From Laetmonice hystrix (Eukaryota), in contig OZ249436.1 in NCBI GenBank assembly GCA_965235115.1, positions 21,330,001 through 21,394,000 of the forward strand: 64,000 nt of DNA, given 5' to 3'. A model generated the notes under the pieces. That model saw nothing but the letters and a program-made list of their open reading frames with translations. It was not told where the DNA came from and searched no databases. This document shows positions 53,311 through 64,000 of this stretch, in pieces (position 1 is the stretch's first letter; each line of letters opens with the position of its first letter). Position numbers and translations under genes: made by a program.

Positions 53311-54125
53311 TCCATGCTCACGGTGTCAACGGGAGAATATGGGCCTACCAAAATGTATTAATGTAAACATGTATTAGTCCAATATTCAGCATCAACCGTA
53401 TCAAGGGACAACACAGAAAACTATATAGTGAAGATGGAAATATCCAAGCCATTTCACTACCTGTAGACCTGATTGGCCGCCGAAGCCAAATATTATAACA
53501 TAAAACTATATTTGATCACCAATATGGAAAAGCATGTCGTTATGTAGAGTTTAGATACCGTATCAAACAAGATCAAGATAACATCAAGTAGACAATTTAT
53601 CTAAGCAGGTAGCAGGAGGCAGTGTCCCAGGTATCAAATGTATCTAATGTCTTATACAAATGTATACCTATTTGAACTTTACATCCGGGTTGAGATAAAA
53701 TCGAGCATCCCGCTAGGTGTCCAGTTCGACCACTTGGCTAAACCCCCCACTGGGCTGAATCGGACCCCCTCGCTCTTTCAAAGTGAGACCCACTCAGTCA
53801 ACTGTATACGACTCTATTATAATGTCACATCTTAACAATACCATAAATCCTTATAGTTTGTCAAAACTATCACCATAATATATTCATGGTAAAATCTTCT
53901 ATTTTTCTTAAAGGAGTGTAGGCTTTATTTATATGTGCATGCGACAAAAAATATCGTTTTCCAAAATTAAGTGGTGCCTTACTTTACTTTTGCCAGTCAA
54001 CTGTTGGGGTTGAAGAAGAAACGGTGTGGCTTGACGTTTAGTGTCGTATCGTCAAACAGTTGCTGCCATGGGTAACAGTGCATGCCTGTGATTTATAGTG
54101 GATTCTACTATAGCTTTAGGAAGGC

Positions 54126-57100
54126 TTAAACACTCATAATAACGTCACGGGCCCGGATGGACCAATCACAGAGAACCGCTGCCGGCTGCTGCTGCCACAC
54201 CACGGAGGTCCTGCCACACTGGGTGGATGGCAGGGCATTCAACGCAACAATACGTGGTACATTTGCCATATGTACCTATACAAAAGAAAAGTCTTCTTTT
54301 TACCAATTTTTGTTTCAATGAAAGGGGGCGTGCGCCCCCAACGGCCCCCCCCCCCCACCCAATCCGCCCCCAAACCAGCAGATCTGTGGAATGTCGGCAG
54401 TCGGCACATGTCACGTGTTCCATCGTGACGTCAGCGTGAACCCACTCCTAAAGAAAACGTAATATCAACAAAACAGTTCGACCCCGTTTCAGTCAATCGA
54501 AAATGAATTGAAAATTCTAATAATCTTTACGAAGGCTTGTGATGCAAACTGCGACGTACCATAGTTTCTATGTGCTCGTAGTTCAAATACCTGAACCACC
54601 TCTATAATACCGAAAGCACTGTGTCTGGTACATTGCTTTGCCCCCCCCCCCCCCCTCAGATATTACCTTTTCCGGGATAAGAAACATGATTGGCTGAACA
54701 AAATCACGTGAGAGTTCTGACGTCAACCTGAAACCTCCTACGACGACAAAACCTGCGGGGTTTCCGCTAGGGGTCGGAGCAGTCGAAGCTCTGATCTGAG
54801 GCAAAAATTTACCAAAACGTTAACGCCCAAAGTTATCTCTATTTGAATCGCCAGATGCCGCAAGCCGGTCCTTTTTCAAAAGACAATACACCGGATGACT
54901 TCACTCGTAGGCATGTGGTGATAAAGAAGGTGTTTTAAAAATGGAAAGTTATACTTGTATCGTATGATTGTGTCAGGTGTTGGCTTTTGTTGGCATGACG
55001 TCCATGTTGGACGATGACGAGTGATGACATGACATTGGGTTCGCTAGCCTCATAACCACCCGATAGGTACCAGCGATACGTTTTGGCGTTAGATGGCGCC
55101 AGCCGGACCTTTCAACGTGACGTCACATTCTTTCACGTGATCGTATTAATAGCCAACCATCTTTAAAACAATGTAGGCCTAGGGGCTTGCCTTCTTTTGT
55201 GAACCTAGGACGCTGGTTGTGACTTGTATCTTGCACTGATTATCTGCGTGAAGTTTTTTCAGGCAAAGCAAACCACCACTTACTGCTGTAGGCCTATAGG
55301 CCTACTTATAAGTGTTTTTGTCCCCTACCTAGTGCACTGCCCCAAGGCCTAACATGACGTCATGTGTTTTTGTGTGAGAAACCTCAAACGGGTGACACAG
55401 CAGAAGAACATTTCCGGGGAAAGTGGGCCTAAAGCTGGCACGTTACCGTTTGTTATGATCCTCACATGATGCCCACATTCTATACTTCCCGGACTGAGGG
55501 GAAAGAGATGCACGAGGCGACACCGCCGGAGTAAACACCTCAGTTTGTCACACACACACCCTCCCTCCCTCCCTCCAACACGCACACACACAAAAACACA
55601 TATTATCCTTACCTGACTCAATCAGGTTCTTGGAAGGTTAAAATGATCGCATCCAGATTCCCATTGACTTCCGCCAGAGGTCGCTTTTGCTGAAACCAAC
55701 CTCTTCTGGTTGTGTATTGTGGAATAGCCCGGGACTGCTGTCAGTGTCAAGACTGACACCTCCGAGCAGTTAACTACTCTCCCAAAATGATTATAATCAA
55801 ACATTACTTACATTATCAGAGGTTGTTTGTCACTTCATTTCATTTTTCTTAAAGATTTAAATGTATCTAATTTGACTTGAAACAGTTCAAATGCAAACTA
55901 CTTTACTGGACTATTTTTTACCTCTTCCCTGCATTTCGATCTCTTCAGTACGCCCTTTGGCCGCCCTGTATGCAGATACGATTGTACCAGTGCATTGTTG
56001 GAAGTCGATTTCACTTCCCACAATCCCTAACCGCCAGGGTTGTAGTCTCCAGAGTACGAGAATGCGCAGTTTGTAGGGTCTAAAGCCCGCCGTACACTGT
56101 CACGACTTTGCCCAACTCCCGACTCCCGACTCCCGACTGACCACCGTACACTCTCCCGATTATCTGCCCCCGACCCATGCAGTGTGGACGGCCATAGATC
56201 GGCACCGTAGTTGGGAGGTCATCCAGTTCAACCCCCACTTGAACGCCCAGAAAGTGTTATTATAATCTTTCTAGCCTAGGTGATAATAGTGTGAAGACTA
56301 ACTGATCGACCTGTTTAGCTTTCATTGTCACTTGTGACATCATAATTAGTTAACTACGTATTTTGATACATAATATTACAATATTTCACTGACAAAAAGC
56401 TGTGGCGTCATAAAGAGGACGTGCGGCAAAGCCGTGAAGAGAAGGCTTAGATCTAACGTAGACTGCACTATTTTACTGTCTAGCTCTCGTTTTATAAAAG
56501 GATGGATTAAAATACTACAGAAGCAGAGACTTCGAAGGTCAGTAAATATTCACAGAAAATTATAGCATTATAATACCTCTGTAAACATCACTGTAGGCCC
56601 CTGATCCAACACACAGCTTCGATTGGAGCCTGGCTGTCTATTGTGATATTTAACGTCATTATCAAAGTTTTTGGAACTTTTAAATTTCCAAACAAAGCTC
56701 GCTGTATTCATAACTAAAAGGAGTCTCGCTAAAAGAAAGACATCTATGGAAACCTTACGATGTGGGAAAGAATTCTGGGTACTTTTTTGTATAGGTCGTC
56801 GCGACAGATTTTGCATGGCAAGACCTGCAAGGTAGAGAAGTCACACGTTTTCAGTTTTTTTTATACTTTTTTGATGATTTTCGAATGGCCGTATGAAAAA
56901 GAATCCTTAAATCTATTTATTAAATTTTATACTGGACAAAAGCCACATATCTCTAGTTTCCTTTGCAATAATTTCCATCTGAATTGATTCATTGTTATTA
57001 CCACCGCGAGCGTGTTTTGAAGAACCCAAGGTTGGAAAAGCTAAGCTTAGTCGGCCGTAATCGGGAACCACGCTTGGCTCCCGATTCGTTTTTCGAATCG

Positions 57101-57481
57101 GCTACGATTTGCTCCAACTGCAGTCGGGAGCTGTCGGGAGCAGTCGGGAACCATGGTTACCGACTCGAGTTGGGCAAAATCGGGAAAGTGTACGGCGGGC
57201 TTTATCTGATAAACTTCTCCACCATCAGGACAACCACATGACAACCACCACTTACTAAATCTTATTCCCTTTTCTATCTTCCGGTTAGTTACACAGTTTT
57301 CCACTATACATTCTACTTCTCTGGTAATGCTGAACGTATCTTCCTGCTTATTTCTGTTTTCATAAAGTAGCTCATTCTTTTGAAAAAGTGTGTAATTAAC
57401 TGCAGACTCAGGTAGGCCTATACTGGTATTCAGATTGGTGTCGAAAGCGATAGAAACGGGGCTCTCTTCGTCATTTATCAT
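54126..57481 (-). pseudogene. Candidate decayed multi-exon gene (or spliced lncRNA) of unknown identity, interrupted by a TIR element
   Basis: Chain of exon-like segments with phase-compatible splice sites: 57481-57203 [element] 56080-55922, 55847-55812, 55689-55613, 55493-55447, 55243-55191, 54795-54667, 54275-54126. Three in-frame stops. Protein not recognised; splice sites chosen by eye. Confidence 0.3.
56081..57204. mobile_element. Non-autonomous DNA transposon (MITE-like), ~1.12 kb, 38-bp terminal inverted repeats
   Basis: Left end TAAAGCCCGCCGTACACTGTCACGACTTTGCCCAACTC (56081-56118) vs reverse complement of right end TAAAGCCCGCCGTACACTTTCCCGATTTTGCCCAACTC (57167-57204): 3 mismatches. 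Subterminal TCCCGAC repeats on the left and GTCGGGA on the right. No transposase ORF. Confidence 0.85.
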
Positions 57482-60400
57482 GGGTGTTTCCTGCTCTCTG
57501 TTATATTTTCTATTTTTTTCACATGGGTTAAGTTCTGAGTGAGGTAACCTGTACCTGGTGCTGCTTGGATGCACTACCTTTGAACACCCTGCCCCCTGCC
57601 GACCACAACCCCATATGGCCCCGGAGATATTCGGTCAGGTGGAACTCGACCCCCTCCCCCCTTCCCTCTCCCCTTCCCTGGCCTCTTCAAACATTCGCCC
57701 CAGGCATGGCAATGCCCCCGAGAACATGTAACCCTCATTAACCAAAACTTGGTGACCATTCTCTTATTACCCTCTGCCTGATCTTCTCCCGAGACCCCAC
57801 GCTGGAGTTCACCTTCTATATACGTGGTCACCCCTTGAAGGCTCTTCTTCCGATGGTTCTCTGGGTTCGAGCCTTAACAACAAGAATCTCGCTTGGTATT
57901 AAACATTTGCATTCTTCCCCAACAATACGGGGCTGTCCCGCTGGTCGAACGGTTGTAGGCACTATCACCCTGCCGCTGGTGTACGGTTCCCCATTGTCGG
58001 CTATATGCATGTCTGTGTGCATTCCGAAGCTCGACCGAGAACAGGGCTAATTTTCGCAGTTCTGTGACTACGGATGCAGAATAATGGGGGATTTTGATAG
58101 TTGACCAGACACGGACAGAGGATGTGCTGTAAACGGGGGTGAGACTGTTTATATGAGGAGAATTTGGACCTTCGTGCCTGCCACTCCAGAATGACGCCCG
58201 CCTTGCCCTTAACTGTTCCCGGTCCTTCATGCCTCCAAACACGTCCTTTGATGTTTCGCTTTTTTCGATGGCGTACGAACGTCTTTTCCCAAGTGCTGTC
58301 GTGAAATGATTGTGCTGACAAAGACGTCGACGGTCGGTACAGAGAAACCGGGGAATGTGCCACGGGTGAAGTTGTCTGCGAACTGGCAACCACCGAGTTG
58401 TCGCAGTATCCGGGGCAGCTTTCTAACTCGCTATAGAAACGTTATTAGCAGGATCGAGTGGGACGAAGCCGCAATACTTTGCGAGTTTGGGGAGTGAAGG
58501 GGGGGGGGTCATTACCGTCAAGACGGCCCCATCCCTTTGCGCCTGAAAGGCATTGGGCTTGCGCTGTTGGTGGATGGCATTCTGCCAAACTTGGGATTCT
58601 TCTGGAAGGAGAGCGAGAGACAAGTGTGCACCGTCATGCTGGTAGTGGGAGGGGGCCGGGCAACTTGACTCATGCGGCGAGCACAGCGTGCTTTACCGTT
58701 TATAAACACGAGAACTGCAGCAACCGCCCCGTGTCTCCAAAAAGTACGGACTGCGTGCGGCGATCTTACTGGAGACAGCTATGCGCCCTCTTTTTTCTTA
58801 GACTTTACTTTTTTTAAATATTGCAAATAATAATATATCATCGTTGTAACCATGCACTGTACTTATAATCACTCAACTGTAAGGGTGTAGATCTAAACAT
58901 AGCTCTAAGCATTTGAAAATGCAAATATAGGCCCTATAGAATCTTTGAATATGTGCTCTTTGTTGATACAAAGCAGCTCGTCTGCAGTATAAAGAATGTG
59001 TTTGTCATACCAACTCGTTGGTCATACTTAAACATTATATTGACGAAGACCAACTTCAGTATAAGACTTCAAGAAACTGCATGGAATAAATCCGTCAAAC
59101 TTATCAAGAAAAGTTGAATTCTGTGAGTTCTGTGTATCCTATACCAACTTCATCCGATTTATATATTATTCATTCAATTATTCATGCCATTTTTATACTT
59201 TTATGTATATATAGTCAAAGCCACACTCGAGTTTAGGCTGTTGCTTAACCAGCTACATCAGGCTGAGGTGTGTTTTTTAGGCAACAGTTTCTCTGAATGC
59301 ATGCATGAAGGGAGTGATGTTGTGCCCCTGTCATGGCGAGGTCAGTGGACCGTATCCGATCCTGGTAGCGGGGTTAATACCAGGTCGGCCAATTACGGAC
59401 TTAATGTATTGAAACCAGGCTGTGGGCGGAGATTGTCACATTACGGGACACGTTACTCTCCTGTACCTCCAGGGATGGGCGAATGTTATCCCAAAACATA
59501 CTATAATTAGATTTGCGTTCATGTTTTAATTAATCAACCCGTTCCTTATGGTTAGCGAATCGGCTTGCTAATTTTGTATCAGTTATAGCCAACACCAGTA
59601 TCCGTAAACAGACTCTATAGGCTAAATATACTCATGGGAACTCTACCAAACTGATTTGTATAGTACATAAGTAAATTTATATGCGAATTCATATAATAAT
59701 GTAGGCCGCATGCGTCTATACGTTGTAATCAAAGTTTATTATTCAAAATTGGGTTCTTATTTAGCTAAAGCTTCTCATCTAATTTAAGCGAACCTACAAA
59801 TTTCCAAATTCCTAAGATTCTCAAACTTGTAGCGTGCACATTTAACTGCCGAGTTCCTTCTGTAGTCCACCTTTCAAAGGTCGCTATCATTTACACGTGG
59901 TCTCAGCACGCAACTGACCCCTTTCAGGTAAGATCAAAACATCCACAGTCCGCCTTCTCACTGCTCATAAACCCATATAAATCTGACTGGAAGAATAGGC
60001 CTGCTGTCACCTGGATCTTACCGTGTTGAGGGCCAATATTAGCTGGGACACCCCAGACCGACTTATACACAAGGTGCCCGTCTTGGGTCAGCCTCACGGG
60101 GACGGCCAATATAGAGATGGGGTTTTAATGGCCCTTCCCGACAGCCGGGGTTGGCGCTGCCCAAAAAGGTCAGCTTGGCCTCATAGAAAAACGGCCGACC
60201 ACGTTAACTGTGTGCCCGAGGGGTACGATGGCCTCACCATACGTTCCCAGGCAAGGCAATGTGTGTCCTTTTGAATGCCTTTATACGGGGATGCCCCCTC
60301 TGTTTTTGGAGCTAAGCTGTCTGTTTGAAGGTTGTATAGAAGAAAGATCCTTCCCCTACTTTTACCCCTTCTTTTCTCGCCCCACCCTTACCACCCGTGG

Positions 60401-63400
60401 TCCGCTGCCTCCAATGTCGGTCTTCACTGCATACATATATCATGGAATTCTAGTGTACCCTTCACAATACAAGCACATTACAATTGCCGTTTTTACATTT
60501 ACAGTATAACCTGACGGCCCACAAAGACATCTGAACACAATGGAAAGGTATCAACAGCAAGGTGGGAAAATATTTTCGGCATCAGGGAGTGTATTTACCA
60601 TGAACATCAACTCAAGCGTAAGAGAACTGTGACAAGAAATCATTGTCATGACGCTCCGCTTCATATGGAGATGAGCAGAGACAAAGATAATATGTTCGAT
60701 GTTTGACAATACTTAGTTGAATTCAAAGAGAAGTCATGGGAAAAGGTAATGTTACTTATTGACTTTGCCGAATGTGGGGTAAATCAAAAGGCTCGAGTAC
60801 ATCCGGCTGGCCTATAAGGCCTATATTTATAAACTTATAGAAATGAAACGTTTAAGCTTCGTTTACTTCGCAATAGACTTTAAATTGTACTCTGTATATT
60901 TCTATAGAAGTTTGATTTTTACACATGACTATCACACAAATCTGTTTACTTTCAGTTTGATTGTGTGCATATATTCCCATGTAACCGCCTGCGACGCCCT
61001 TTGGCGGGTAATTATGTAATTATTTGTCCTGCATGATCCAGGACATTAAACTCGACAATTCGATCCTGCAAGGGAACCAAGTGACTTCGATCTCCTCTTG
61101 GTAAATCGGGATGTCCCACCAAAATCAGTTTGATCTAACAGAATCTGATCAATATGTTGGCCCTTCTCAATCAGTTCAGCCAGTTATTCAAGTACGACAC
61201 TTCAGCCCAGTTTCAAACATACCATGCACTGGAAAGGTCAGTGCAGGGGTCATCGTATATCACGGGACCCTATAATGTCCTACACCCTACACCGCCATGC
61301 GGGCCGTTTTAAAGATTTATTAACCTATTCATAAAACTGCTCCACATGCACCATTTAATCCTTTCCCATATCTCATCAACCTCTGCCGCGGCTTTGGCCA
61401 AATTTGCCGGACGAAATTCGAGTTATTTTTGACACTTTTGCAGGAAGTCACGAGGGGGATTTTCTTTGTATTCTGCACGCCCGATTGCATCGTGATGAGC
61501 ATCGTGAATGGTGGCACAATTCACAACATAAGGATTGTGTTCTCGAAAGATTTCCTCGAGTTCAATTGGACTAAAAGGGTTTGATCTCAACAGATTTATC
61601 TGTCATGAAACGCCGTGAGAAAACACATTGCAACACCTTTAATTGTGGCTCAGGGGGAGGAAACCTCAAAGGATCCCGATGCAGAAAGTCGATACATGTA
61701 ATCAAAGGATAGCGTTTCCTAAACGACAACAATGCAGGATTTCGCCTGGGTGTCAGCCTTATCAGCCGTGGAGGTTGAGGCACTCATCATGATCAAATGG
61801 TTCCTCACTCTAAGCTGGCATCTGGTTTCCCCGTCGGCCTCACAATTTATCTGTAGAGCTCTCGGCGTGCTAGTAAACAATCGCTCCTTTGTTCGCTTTT
61901 TGTTGTCTTTTTTAATGGATGTATAAACTGGGTTTGTTACGGTGTGTGTGGACGGCTCGGCGGGAGGAGGAGGAGCTGTAGTATATATCGGCACTATGGT
62001 GTGTCGCTCACGGTGGGCGGATATGCTTGGTCAGTAGCGGTCATCGGCACGAGCGGCCGCGTGGAGAGACCGACGACGTCGCCACGGCCCACCGGTCAAG
62101 CCTGGCGGACGGAGAACAGATCGAGCGCCGGGCGGCGGGCGGACGGCCAATGCTACCACACGCTCACCCCGCTTGCCACATTAAAGGCCGCCACCTTTTT
62201 TTTATACAGTAACATTATGGAGGAATTCGAAGCCGCCGCCCCTTTCACCCCCTGAGCCGCATAATGTCCCAGTATATCTCCCCTTTCCTAACCGGACTAT
62301 GGACGCTCGGGGTGAACACCGTTACCTTCATGCTGTCCCCATCTACCTGTCACACAGGGCATTGTGCCGCCGCGCCCCGCTATAATAGCAACCCGTGAGA
62401 AAGTTCATACGAAACTTAAATATTCCTGTGAAGCCAACTGAGTAGAACCGGACCCACCCCGGCTCGGGGCCAAATGAGATACCGACAGGGTCACCGTGTC
62501 ATCCTCGTTTCATGGCTCAGTGCCCCACGCCCTGCTCCCCCCACCCCCACCCCACCCCCACCCCCACTCCAGCGGTCGACACCCCCTGCCCGACACGTTG
62601 CGTGATGGCCAGGTATATATAGCGTCACCACATACATTATATGTCCCCAGGCGGACGCCAACCAAAGTCTACTGTCATGTTTTTGCAGAAAGCACCAGTG
62701 ACGTTGCAGCGGACTTGAGTTTAATATACGCCCATCAATATAGCGCCCTGATACCTGCACATCGTTCAAGATCGTCTTCAGTCAGTAATCCATGTGTCCG
62801 TATAGTGCGTATTGCGTCATCAAAACAATGAAAACACGCATTACGCACTACACATATGGAATCCCTCCAACTTGCTTTTATTGATTTTGATCAATACGCA
62901 TTACGCAGTACGCATCACGCCCACACTATACGTACACATGGATTCCTTGCTTTAAACGTGAAGAACTGTAGGCCTAAACGTGTTTCAGTTGGTACAAAAT
63001 TTACCTTAAGTTGTGCAGCAAGTATAGCAATGAACTATATTATGTACTATACATGTATAGACCTATAGGCCTACCAAGAGACCGTATGCTATATATAAAC
63101 ATTCGGCATTCGTCCCCTTACAGCACAAAAACGGTCGCACAAATACATTTTGTAGATCATAAACAATAACAAGTGAAAGGCTTTCCTGGCGGTGTTAGAG
63201 CTCCAGCTTTCTCAACATTCCAGAACGGAGACGTAAAAAACATTTGGCATATAGAAGACGTTTATCGGACGTTCCCTTAATTCACTGCTACAGTATAGTT
63301 TATCATTAGGCTGTCCGAACGCTTCACTTTATCCGACCCGATATATAATTAAATCAGGTTTTTCTAGTTTGTTCCTGTGGCGGTTTTTCAACTTACTCCT

Positions 63401-64000
63401 AGGATGCCTATATCCACGTGTTTGTTGTGGTAGACAGCGTCTTGGTGGAGAAAAATCGGGACACAGCAGCGGTAGACTTTATCTACCTTGATCGCCGCAG
63501 ATCGCCGCAGATTAATTTATATATTTTCTATCATTATTATGGTTGCTATTTTTAAAAATCCTTATATTTTATTTATTCTATTTTCATATTCTGAATAAGA
63601 TTCCATCGTTTTAAACGGTTTGCCGCTGAGGTTCTCCAGTAGAGGGCCCAGCTGTTGATGCCTTTTACCACGTTGTAAAATGATGGTGTTGTGGTTTGCT
63701 TCAAGCCGGGCGAGACGGGAGCCACCGGGCCGCGTCCCCCAGCTGGCCCGGTCCGTAGGCCGGCGCGTGCCGCCATGCTCGGCCGGCCCAACCATGGCCG
63801 CCCGCCCGCCACCTACCACCGTCACCGCCGCCCTCAGACTGCGCTCGGCCGACATTCACCACCATGACCAAACCTTCGACCGTTACGTCCCAACCCACCG
63901 AGCTAGCGACACATCAAAACAACGAGCTCCACTGAATATATAGGAATATAGGCCTACTATTGTGTTCAGGTAACTGATGCAGCAAGGTGGGCGGCTGGGT

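Noticed and set aside
51159..53366. 735/722-aa extensin-like Pro/His-rich ORFs
   Set aside because: The C-rich satellite lacks stops by composition; the 13-bp period is not codon-compatible.
60503..61012. Plus-strand exon-like segments with good acceptors and donors
   Set aside because: Stops in the frames examined and no consistent phase chain; insufficient support without transcript data.

Overview
Eukaryotic (bilaterian invertebrate-like) genomic DNA, almost all non-coding, with many CpG-rich islands and about ten unrelated minisatellite or low-complexity tracts (roughly 12% of the window). The only confidently identifiable gene is Pax2/5/8 on the minus strand. Its paired-domain exon (10029-10194) matches the human PAX2/PAX5 segment as I recall it, and the rest of the gene runs off the left edge. 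Upstream are at least two phase-1 N-terminal exons (20784-20984 and 33172-33475) that join the paired exon in frame. An in-frame alternative acceptor and a weak third N-terminal candidate also exist, suggesting combinatorial N-termini. Further upstream are a CRE/ETS/CTCF-like motif cluster (38.5-39.0 kb) and a ~1.12 kb non-autonomous TIR transposon (56081-57204). The transposon appears to interrupt a decayed, phase-consistent multi-exon minus-strand reading frame (54126-57481) that I cannot identify. The palindrome TAGGCCTA is strongly over-represented. Long ORFs in the track are repeat artefacts. No CRISPR array, rRNA or tRNA was found.
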